A stretch of 64,000 bases of DNA from Nageia nagi (lineage: Eukaryota > Plantae > Pinophyta), in assembly GCA_050084985.1 (NCBI GenBank), contig JBITNC010000001.1, positions 145,266,001 through 145,330,000 of the forward strand, given 5' to 3'. The notes beneath the pieces are model-generated. The model saw nothing but the letters and a program-made list of their open reading frames with translations, was not told the DNA's origin and ran no database searches. The first letter of the stretch is position 1. Every line of letters begins with the position of its first letter. Position numbers and translations under genes: made by a program. Positions 14,201 through 26,200 of this stretch are shown here, in pieces.

Positions 14201-16936
14201 GTTTCTTAAAATGTTTCTTTCCCATCTGACCAAAACTTGTGAGTTGTTTAATTTGTCTTACTCTTCTTGTATCTCCTTTTATCTGGATTATTGCATTTCT
14301 TCTCATTTTATTAACTAACACCCTTTTAAACTTACCACTTTTACTTATACTTCACCCCCTGGTTTCTCTCCCCATCCTCTAGTGTCTTCTCCTCCTACAG
14401 ATATGAGAAAATGTCAAGGGTCCCTCCCTTCTCAATCAAATATATTTTATAGGTCTAAGACAAAATTTTCAAGAAAATATTTTGAGGTCTTTAGAAAAAT
14501 CTCTCTTTCTCTATGTCCCATGACACTTAGTCATAAAGAGCAAATTCATTTATATAGGTATCGAGATTATTTTTAACCCATTTATCAACCTTTTTAATCC
14601 AAGACTATTGTGAGTTTTTCATGTGGATTCATATGCATTTTTCCCACTTATTTTCAGGAACTATAGTCTAGGTGGTGAATTCATGTTTCACTAGGAATGA
14701 AATAGTTCAGGGGATTTGCACTAGAAGATGTCTTAGCTTTCATTGTCAAAGAATAGGTTTGTCACTTTGGATCTACTAAACCCAATATAATGGGTAATAT
14801 ACTTTTTAAATTCCCTGATTTTCATAGAGAACCACACTTGCATTGATCTAATAAATGGTTTGAAAGAAATTATTTTATAAAATTTATTCAACATTCCATA
14901 AAGTATCATGTCTCAAATTTGTAGGGATCCCGACAACAAAAATTGTTGATCAATTTGGTGTTATGAATAAATTTAGTCAATGGGTTCTTTCCTTCGTATG
15001 AGATTGTTAAATTACTTTTAGAATTCTCTCCTACTAACAATGATAAAGTCTCCTTTAAGCTCATATGATCAATATCTAATCACCCCATAATTGTTATGGT
15101 TCTAAAATAAATATGAATATCCATATCATGTGGGTTCTAAAAGTATATTGCTACCCCTTTTGAACTCTTACGAAGTCCATGGTTAGCTAATCACAACCCT
15201 ACCAAATCCTCAACATTATATGTTGTAAATCCTCTTCTGATATTTTAGCCTCTTATAAAAATATGCAACTTGGTCCTTGATTCTTTATGAGTCTTTTAAC
15301 AATATCTTATCAAGGTTTGCTATTAAACCCCTCACATTCCATGAAAGGATTTTAATTTAGATTAATTAGAGAAAAAATCCTTTAACTTGCTTGATTTAAT
15401 CAACTTTTCTCCTCCCCTTCATAATTTCTTTAGATTTATGTTTTTTTCTAACTTTTTATTTCATATTCGTATACATTTTATGGTCATTATGATATAAACA
15501 TAGTGAGTTATGATATTAAAAAGGTTTGGTTGATAAAGACTTATTTAGACTCTTTACTAATGAAGTTTAAAGATGCATAATGATTTTGGATGGTAAAGGT
15601 AGAAGGTTGAGTATTTGAGACCTTCCTTTGAGTATTTTGAATTCCTTTGGTCTTGTACTTAACTTCTATTTATCTTTTTACATCTTTCTATAGGCCTTGA
15701 GAATGCAACATGAGGTCTAGACCAAGGTACTAAACTTTGGGTTTGGGATGATACAACAAAGGGACATTATTTAACAAAGTGCTTATATTCATGCTTGATA
15801 TTTCCAAATGTATTCCCTAGCCCTCAATAATATTAATTCATGCAAGGATTTAAAAATATACAAATTAGCATAAATTCAGGCATGTATAGGAGGTGAACTC
15901 ACCTCTTGAGTCAATTTAGAGGCCATGATTAACCCTCCCAATGTATTCTCAATTCATTGAAATATTTATTCTCATTATAATTCAAGAGGAAAACAAAAGA
16001 ATCAAATAAAATAAGCAAAGAATTTATGAGCTTCTCTACTACATGAACTCCCATGTGTTAAGGTTTTAGAAACATCTATATTTATTTGCCATCGAGAATA
16101 AGATAACAATGAAATACCCATTAACTACCATAATTATGTCTAAGTCTCTATAAACCTACCAACGTCTTTGCACCTAATCATGGACTCTTTCAAGTGTTGT
16201 TCTTACTCCCATAAATGTACAAATTAAAGCATGTTGACTATATGAAATAATTTTTTAGCAATAATTTTTCTAACACATGCACCAACGAAACTCTAAGCTC
16301 TAGGATAAGCACTTATTTTACCTAATTGTCATGCTCATTAACCTTATGTTTTTCTAGGTTATAGCTACTAACTTAACCATTTCTATAGATTTATTAATGC
16401 CCTAAAGTTCCAAATCCAAGTCTTCAAGCATTGTATGCTTAAAATTTGAGATTGAAGAAGGGCCTTACCCCAACTTGCGCTCTTCCTCAAGAGAGAGCAA
16501 CTCCCCCACCTCCATGACTCCATTTATCTTTTGATCTGATGATTGTAAGATTATGCATGTGTGACCTAAATTTGATTTGATATTGTCATCAATTTACAAA
16601 AAATCTCCACAAGAAAATTTATAAACGAATCACCCATTATTTTAATGCTTTTCTACATTAATCTAAATAAATCATTATATTCCTCACTTAAACCATTTCA
16701 AACCATATACACGAACATAATTTTATTTATTTAAAATACATAAACTTCTAATTTATATTATTATCTCTACATATATATAAAAAAATTTCAATTTAAACCT
16801 TTTTACATCCAAATTTTTTTAACATCCATTTACTCGCAACTCCTCTAAAATTTTTAACTATTATTTACTCTAACTCCTCCAAATAGACACAAACAAAAAC
16901 CTTAATTTATGAAGTAAATAATTTTGGGTGTCTATG
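11286..16936. mobile_element. Possible old LTR-derived segment with inverted termini, interrupted by LINE relics
   Basis: TGTAGATACCCAAAA at 11286 and TTTTGGGTGTCTA at 16922-16934 are inverted. Flanks GCAAA/GTAAG could be a decayed 5-bp TSD. The terminus resembles the gypsy LTR end at 8947. Confidence 0.4.
14100..16520 (-). mobile_element. Degenerate L1-clade LINE (ORF1, endonuclease, partial RT)
   Basis: Minus strand shows ORF1 DUF4283-like remnants (FPLE..IENTLGGLI ~15930-15990), endonuclease start KILSWNVRGL (~15350), and an RT GLRQGDPL-like remnant (~14430). Internally deleted. Confidence 0.7.
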
Positions 16937-17182
16937 GTAAGCATGCAATTAACTAGTAAAACTCACAAAACTTTATTTCATATAATAATGTAATTCCATA
17001 TTAAGTTTCAGACATGTTTAGCCCCCAAAATATCTTGGCAACACCGACATTGGCTTCCTCCTAAGCTTCAATCTTTGATCCCCTTGTCTATTAGCATATT
17101 AGTTTTACAATTTTGTGGGTTATCTTACAATGTTAGAGAGTTAAAACTGCAACACATTGGAGAAAGAGAAAAATATTGGAAG

Positions 17183-17266
17183 ATGGCCAGAGATTCTGAG
17201 CGAAACAGAGGTCGACACCACAGGAAGGAAGAAGAAGAAAAAGAAAACCCTAATGGCAAAGACGAG
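17183..17266 (+). CDS. U2AF65: U2AF65 exon 1 (MARDSERNRGRHHR...KDE)
   Basis: ATG followed by a charged R/E/D-rich peptide, donor GAG|GTTAAT, then a U-rich intron; phase 0 fits the next exon. Confidence 0.75.
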
Positions 17267-20200
17267 GTTAATTATTTTACGCAATTTTAGGCTATTATCC
17301 ATATTTCACAAACTTCTGATATCTACTGCGTTTAAATTCTTTGTTTTTATTTTTATTTTGTTTGTGTTGTATTTTGTGCACAAATCTGCCAGAATTTAAA
17401 TGTTGTGTTGTTTTAGTAAGTTTTAAGAAAAACAATGACATATCCTCATTCAGGAATTGTAGAATCGGGATGTCCGAACTTTTATTTAAGCATATATGAA
17501 ATATTTTTCTTAGGTTCAGTTTACAGCAGGGTTTTTATGAGGATTGAAACCTTTAGTGACATGTTGAAACAACATGTACATAATTAAATCAGGAATCTTT
17601 AGTTAATAACATTTCGTAAACCCTAGTTTGGTGTTCTAGGGAGGTTGGGATCTAAACCCAATTTTGCAAAATGTTAAAAGGTCGAGTTGATTTTGTAAAT
17701 CATAAAATGTCAGTGACTATTTACTGAGAGTTAGAGACATGTTACCTCTGGGTGTTATTCTTGTCTTCAAATATGAATTGTTCTGTATTTCAATACCAAG
17801 CTTCTAGTAGATTAAGTGTTTGTTAATCTGTTTATGTTTTTGGTAAAAACAAGCAGAACTACTTCATATCTAATTTTCCTGTAGAATTTCTTTAGGTAAT
17901 GTACAATTATAACGCATTTATGTTTTATATTTATTTGTACATGTTGTGTACTGTATCTCATGGGGTCGAGATAACATGCTCATTTCGTGCTTTTGGGCAA
18001 TGCACATAAAACTTCTAGCTATGCTAAAAGCCAATCCACAACATTTCATATGTATTGTCTCAGTTGATTCTATACTGCCCCATCCAATGACGATCAAAGG
18101 GTGACCATAAATGTGCAATGCTGTATAATTTAGTAGAGCAAAGTCAAGGGCTGATTGATGTTGATAATTCTCTCTTCAATGCTGGTACCATTTCCTCTTT
18201 CGGGACTCCTCGTTGTTTACTTTTTTCAGTATCTTGATCTTCTTTTATCTTCGTGAGACCTTTCTAAAGTAGAAGCGTATCCTTTCTTGGGTTCAGCAGC
18301 TGATAGCAAATTGCCATTTTACATCTTATTTTCGAGCTTCTGACAACCAGTCCTCATTCCCCACCCCACACACAAGATGCCTTCTTGACTCTTAGGCACC
18401 GTTGGGGATATGCCAAATCTCATCTTTCTTCCCTTCCAATAGTAGGGCTTCATGCATGACCCCTATGGATCAGCGACATCTCCCAGTGTAGACCTTCCAG
18501 AGAGACCCGAGACGACCCTTTCTTGATGGTACGGATCAGCGAGCTCTCCCTAGTGTAGAGAGCACCCATGGGTTCCTTCCGGAGAGACCCGAGATGACCC
18601 TTTCTTAACTGCCCCTTTGTATATCTCTTCCTTTTAGGGTTTGATTCTTATTGTTTGGATTTATTTTTACTTAAGCTATTTTTTTATGCTTTTCTTAGAT
18701 TGGATCCATTAAGGGTTACATTGACTCCTCTTAGCACATGATTGTATCCATTAGTCCCATTGACTGCTTTTGTTCATCTGTGGACGTTAAATATATTTTC
18801 TTTTTCTCTCCAAGCATTCAATGCTCTTCATACTTAATTAAATTTGAACATAGTTTGCATGTTCAACCATTTCATCCCCTTGCTGAAAGAACAAGTTTTT
18901 CAATCGGTGTAAAACTTTGTTTTTTATATTTTAGTTGATAGCTCATAGTCATAGATTCATAACATGTGCAAGGTTTGTTATTAAAATTCTCCTCACTCTA
19001 AAGGTGTCTTTTCATTTTCTCCATGAATAATATCTAACAGAATGTTCAAGAAACTTTTCATTTTCCCAGGACCTATGACCTTGATTCTGTCTTTAGGATC
19101 GTCCTAGTACTTAGCACAACTCAACGCTAATCTGCAGGTTGATACTATCGCCTGACTTACTATTGCCATTCGATGTAGCACAATTGTTGATTTAGTTAAC
19201 ACATGCCCCTCTTGAGAAGTTGATGCCACCCCTTGATTGGTGAATCTTGCTATTTGAATAGAGGGGGTTATCCTGAGTCACTTTTTGACTTGTTTGAGTT
19301 TCTACTTTCTAATCATTTGTTCAACTTGTAAACATTATTCTGCCTGTGACCCAATTCAAATTTGACATGAAATTTTTAGCTTTGAGTTTAGGAATCTCCA
19401 GAATTTTTGCATAAGACAATACAGGGGTGCCTCTTTTTGGGTACCTTACAATGTATGCCTATTCTGCATGTCTTAATAATTGTTGATATGCATCATTTTT
19501 TTCACAAACTTGTTTCATTGGCTTACTGATTTAATGAGATCTCCAATAAGCATACTTATTCCTCATGACAAGTATACTGAAAATGACATACCTTATAGTG
19601 ATATAAAATATAACTGTTTTTTCGATCTTGTGGGGTCTTTGTTTAAGTCATTAGTAGTTAGAATGCCATGCAAGTCTGAGGCCTCGTAACAGTAAAACAC
19701 ACCTTTGATGTTATCCGCATAGTCTCAACATCAATTTTGTACATCTTGTGAGTTGTGCCTATGTGACTGTCCCTGTGTCATTAAGAATTTCCTTATTCCA
19801 GATAACATATTGACAATGTATAAAAAAATCAGTCAACTGAACTCCAAGTGTCATGAAACTTCATAGGCTTGCGATATACCATTGTTGATAAATTTTATTC
19901 AAATTAAGTTGTCTTAGAATGTCCTATGTGTGAGAAATAGTCATCATTGATTTTGGTGGCCTAGGAAATTAGGAATCACTTTTTGTTGCCCCAGCACTGT
20001 CCAATGGCCATCTTCCCATGACCACACGTGAAAGTTGACTAAAGTTTGTAGAGAGCATATCATTACAGGCAATTGACTGCCTTAGCTAATATCAAGTCTT
20101 GACTATGTCCACTTTGCCATCGTCACCTACTCAATGTCTCTCACACATTCAAGTAGACTGTCAGAAAAAGTGGTTATCCCAAACTTAATCACATTTGATA

Positions 20201-23200
20201 CCAACGTATTGAATGTCTGATTATAAGCCATGATGAATGACAATGGCTCAACACATTTGGGTAGATGACAGATGTTGATAGAATTAAGTTGCACTTGGAT
20301 GGGAAATAATTTGTATCGACATCCTTTAGAATTCCTGATTTCTCAGGATTTTTCTGAAGGTAGCTCAATGATAATAACGGAAGTTAGGGCATTTGGATTT
20401 ATACCAACATTATTACCAAAGGCTGGTAAGCACACTCACTAGCCATGAACAAGCCTTGGTCTGGGTAACATCATAGACTTCAGACTTTTGTTTTGTGCTC
20501 TTCTTCCAACTACTGTCTTGTACTTGTTAGTATTTTGCATGTCATTGTGTTTTGTATTTGAAGAATCACATTATTCTCTTCACAACTGCACAAACCTTTA
20601 TGAATTTTGTTCTTGTTATTTTGTTGTTATAACTAATTGCAAAGTTTTTTCTGCTTCCCTATCTGGGTCTTGTTTGTGTCTTCTAGCTTCATCCACTGTT
20701 GAATAGCTTTGTTGATACGATTCCTCAAGCTCTTAGGTTATCTTCTATATGTCTTAGTTCTGCTACATAGTTCTATGCGATTGAGGAGCTTTTAAATTTT
20801 TTCTATTCTGCGAACTGGCCAAATTTGAGAAATCCTTGTTAGTGAGACCTAGGGCTTTTTTGTATACTGGACCTTCAGACTTTATGCTATAATTGTTTCC
20901 TCCATCCACATCTACCACTGGTGAAACTTAAAATCTGAAGTAAGTAAACATTGAATTTTCCTTTTTTTAGGGTTGTCTTGATTCTTGAATTGTAAAGAAG
21001 CTTGTAAAACTTGTTTTTGATGTTTGTCTAAACCTTTCTGAATTGCTACCAAGGTTTATTACGGGGATAGGGGATGGGTTTCTGGGACAGGGGGAGATGT
21101 TAGGCTAATTTTAGGAAACCTGTCCAAAACAGCATACATAAATATATGTAAAATATTTAAAATATAAAAAATTAGATCGTTCTTCTCTAATCTAACAGTC
21201 AAAGTGTATAACAATATATTCTAACAGCAGCAATGATTCAAGAATCAAAACAAAACATCATGATCATTAGAATTATAAACCATTACAGCACTGTATAACA
21301 GTTTGGAGTCTTTGACAGCAACAAAATTGAGTCTTCAAACTACGAATTAAGTATGACAGTATACACCATACTGTGTAAAAAGTGGAAACTATTACTAATT
21401 AGTAAATACTAATAACAACAACAACTGAAACATGAACTAATGAACCACTGAACCTCTTATTCCATTCAATCCAATGCATCATCAAATGCTGAGCTATCAA
21501 TATCCGTATCATCATTTTCACTGCCATCAAAATGAAGATTTGATCATGTACATCCACTTGAACTCCATACAAACTCAATAGCTGCTCGTGTTCACTGCTG
21601 TTGTTGTCCTATATCCTTTGGCTGGGCTTGGGCTTGTCTTCTAAGTTTTGGCTGTAGTTGTTTGCAAGTGCAAACGCAACAACCCCACACTATTGTTGGC
21701 TCCATTATGCCAACATTGGTTGTTGTTTCTAACTGGTTGCAAGTGCAAAGTGAAGAATATATACTTTTTAAGGTTGAACAGCTTTTATATTTTAAGTTTG
21801 TGAGTGTTATTTAGCTTTTAGGGTTAAAAGGGGGTGGAGGGACCTTGGTGGGCTCTACCACCTCTTTTATGACTTTTTAAAGTGTTTTATTTTTATTTTA
21901 TTGTGTTGGTTGGTTGCTCTTTCCGTCCAGGATGCCTAGGCATCCCCAAGGACGGTTGAGGGATGTTCTAGCCATCCCTGGGACATCTGAACGTCCCCAA
22001 GAGTCTCCAAGTTTCTGGGAAGGATTTTGATTTGAAACGGCTACGAAACGTTTTGGATAGAATTTCTGAGTTTCCGGTACAGTTCAGGGACGGGCATGGG
22101 TGTTTTAAAAGGGGGGACGTGTCCCATGTAACCCTGTTTATTACATCTTAGATCTTTTGAGTATTTTTGTCCTAAACTATAGAAACTCTTTTAAGGACAA
22201 TTTAAATGCTTTCAACATGAGTCTGGGTTTCTTGCCCAAGATGCTATGAGAGCGGATCTTGACATCTCTTGGCACTCATGAGATATTGATTATTGGATTC
22301 TTCAACTAGTTTAGAAACAATCTTTACTCAGTTTTTATGTACTGTATCATTCTTGTCCACCCAGGAGCAGGATCCAGATTTTGTAATTTGAATTTACTAC
22401 AAAGGACTTGTGCATTTTCCTTAATCTGACAAACACGAGACACAATTGATACTGGTTTGAAATGCAGAACTTTCTATCTTTCAGATTTGGAAACATCTGT
22501 TGCTTGTTTTTTAGATATTTTTGATTTTTCTCTCTACTAGCTGGATGAGCTTCATACTTATACCATTTCAGAATAGGAATTTAGTTTTTTTAATATGTCC
22601 TCCATATGAGACAATTGGCAAGATTTATACTAATTTGGAATTGGCATTATTTGAAATTAGATACATTTATGGGCTACATTCTTGGTTTTGATGCATGTTT
22701 TCATAATTTGTTAGTAATAGTTGGTAGATTTGAAATTCAGCATTGACTATGGGAAAAATTAGTGATACAGCCGGTGTAAAACAGAAAAGTACAACTAATC
22801 AATGTTATTTAAGCATTTCAACTCTCCTGATTACTGAAGTTTTTTGAATTTATTGGAACCAAATAGAAAATAATTTTAATGGGCCATTCGTTTAACAGTT
22901 ATTTATAAATAAAAAATATGTCAACGGGACCTTGGTTCACTGGTTGAATCATTAGGGTGTTTGGACCCCTACCAATATTTAAATCACAGCAGCACCTATT
23001 AGTGATGATGCTTGTGCTTTGTGATGACATCATGATGATGAAGTGTTGTGATGGCTGTGAAATGTTGTGATGACTATGAAATGCAGTGAGGATTATGAAT
23101 TGTGTTAGTTAAGTAGGCACCTGGATATTATCAAGTACCCTATTCACTAACAAAAAGAAGAGAAAAAATACAATTTTGTTTTCCCCCAATCCATGGTAAA

Positions 23201-26200
23201 TGACGACATCAATTATATGTACTATGAAGTGGTGAATTATTTTATTGTGATCTATGTCAAGGAAACTGATGTTGCAACCTCGAGACTGAACAAAAAGAGA
23301 GAATGAAAATGGATATTCTTTAATCTGAAATGTTTAAAGAACATATTGCTGGATGTCTTAAAGGAAACTAACTGTCTTGTATGGCCTTTGTGAGTCATCA
23401 AATACCCCAACCATCATTTACAATACAGATCTAAGCTATCATTGATTCTCTCAAGGCTTAAGATTATACTATTGTTAGAAATTTTTAAACATGTAATAAA
23501 TACTCTATATTTATAGAATTCTTAATTTATAGTGAGAATGTTTATTGGATTACAGGCATTGAGAATTGTGTGAAAGATTCATAAGTTTTGTTTATACTTT
23601 TGCATCAGTCATTCTATGAGGATCATAGAGGCAGAGAACGTTTGAGGGAAGATTTTGGAAGATATCGAGATCGAGGACACAAACATGATCATGCTAGAGG
23701 TGGTGGTCGAAATTATCGCAATCAGCAGTATCGGGAGGAAAACGACAGAAGGCATAGAAATAATCAAGACAGGTCTGTCTAACTTTGGTTTCTAATCAGA
23801 GATACTTGGTGTGTTTCTAAAATTTGTCAATGATCATGTTGTTCAATGCTGTCATAATGTTTTAAATTTTTCTGCTATTTTGTAACATGCCAATGCATAG
23901 GGCATATCCTCCTTTATTAATGTCATTTTTCCTAATTTTTGTGAATACTGATTGGTGGAGATTTACGTTTCATCTTAACTGTCTGAGCATTAAATCTCAT
24001 GACAGAGAATACCGACATAGGCGGAGGTCACGGTCTGGCTCTTATGATCGATCTTCTGGCCATCGGGAAAGACGCTCAAAATCAGGTTCCCCTGATCGCA
24101 AAAGGTAGTAAACTTCATTCGTCATATGATTTGATTCTCATAACTAATTTTTTATTAGTTATGGGCGAGGTATCTTCTTTATAAGTGTGAGAAAGAGTAT
24201 TTCAGTATGGGGATTTTCATCTGCGACAATAGTGAAAATATTTCAAAGACTACAATGGTTTTTATGTAAACAGCAGTAGGTACTTCTCACATAATTATTG
24301 CCTATGGTTAATAAGCTTACTGTATTCATAAGCATGTATTATATCGGCTAAGTTGTTTATTATATAGTATCTCTTTTGGAATCTTGCTGAGTGCTTGCCA
24401 AATATGGATATAGGAATTTTCCAGTCAGGTGTTTTATTTTAACATGGCTCTGACAAGGTGTTCAGATAGCTTTATTTGATTATGTGTTTCACATTTGGCT
24501 CCAAAGTTCCCGGGACATTGTTAGTTGCACAAATCCATTTAAGGAAAACAAGCAAAATATTTTTCTGCTAGTACAAAAAGAACAAATTCCAACAGAAGCT
24601 AAACTATGATAAGCAGCATAAGTCTTTTTTTTTTTAATCCTAAAAGCTGGTAAGGATGGATCTGCATATAATGACATATTGGGAAAAACATATAACATTT
24701 GCAAATCGTATCAGTGATGACAATGACCTATGCTCAACAAAGAGTTGTATGCTTTAAATGAAGAACTGACCTTGAAAATTACATTAAGAAGTGATATTAG
24801 AGGTGAAAACTTGAGCAGATTTTTGAGGAGTTTATATAAGGTACAAAGATTTTAATCAGCTTTTTACTGTATGAAAATACATATAAAATCAGAACCCGCC
24901 TAGATAACTAATAACCTTTAATGCTTTACATGGAAATCATTAAATACATATGTGTGATATGTAGAGCATTAAATTGGTAAAATCTTTTTGCTCTCTCAAA
25001 TTATTCAGGTGAATATTTCCTTATTTGGGTTTGCTTTGAGTAAAACTTGAAGAATGAACTCTTTGCTGAGCTGTTATTGAATTTGAAATGAATTATGAAA
25101 TTGACACTAAAACTGTTTACGGATTTTATAATTAGTTCAATTAGGTAGATTTAGGGTTGGGTTGGCATTTAATCAAGTCTTTGTGAACATAACTAATTTC
25201 TAGGAACTGTTACTTTTGAGCTTGTCAAGTCAGCCCGAAGTCCAAGTCAAGTTGGAAGAGGTTTGTTTCATTGTATAGTGAATATTAACAGTACTGTAAG
25301 CCCATGTTGAATCAGTAGAAGCTTGAATTGTAGCAGTATAATCTTGAATATGTACTTCTTTATAATTTAATATGACTCTAACAGTATTTAAAACCTGTGC
25401 TGAAATAGTAGACGCTTTGATACTAGCAGTATAAGCGTGAATTTATACTTCTGTATAGATTATTTTAATTTTATCTACTGATAAAACTGACAAGAAAATT
25501 AATTTGTTGTTAAACATGTATACCTAAAACTCTTTCTAGACATCCATCTACATTTATATCTTAAAGATAAAAAGTCTTTTTAAACATGCTTTCTATATTC
25601 TTGGTGGGTGTTTTTCTGGTTGTAACATCGTGAAATTTCAGTTTCATGCAAATCTGAGCTTACAAAACTATATTTTACGGGCTCAAGGTAGAATATATAG
25701 GCTAGAGCATTTCATGCTAGTATCCCATATGCTAATTATTTTTGGACTTCAAATTTATTAAGCAATTACAGTCTAGGATAATTATAATTGCTCTTCGTGT
25801 ATTTATAGCAACGACATAGTCTATGTGGGCTTATAGCTGACATTGTTCGAGGAAAACTAGACTGGGAGTTTCAGTAGGTGCTTCTATGATATTGCGTAGA
25901 TATTTTTTCATACATTTGTTACTCAAAATTTAATTTAAAGATACATTCAGACATTTAATTGGAAAAATCCAGGTATATCTTTCATTTATCTTTAAGCTTT
26001 TTGGCGAAGAAACAGTCTCTTATGGTATTATATGTTTGAAATGAGATTCCTTGCCAACATGTTTTTGGTTTTGTTTGAAATTTGATTAATCAGACAGGCC
26101 TATCCTGTCTATGACTTTCCCTTTTTCAGTTTTTATTTTCTTCTTATCATCAATATAGTGATTGCTTCTTTCTGGATGATGTTTTGCATATTTAGATGCT

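Noticed and set aside
22927-22995. tRNA gene
   Set aside because: The B-box is degenerate and no cloverleaf forms; better explained as a SINE head.
23960-23987. TCTTAAC resembling a U12 branch point
   Set aside because: The donor of this intron (GTCTGT) is not U12-type; treated as an ordinary branch region.
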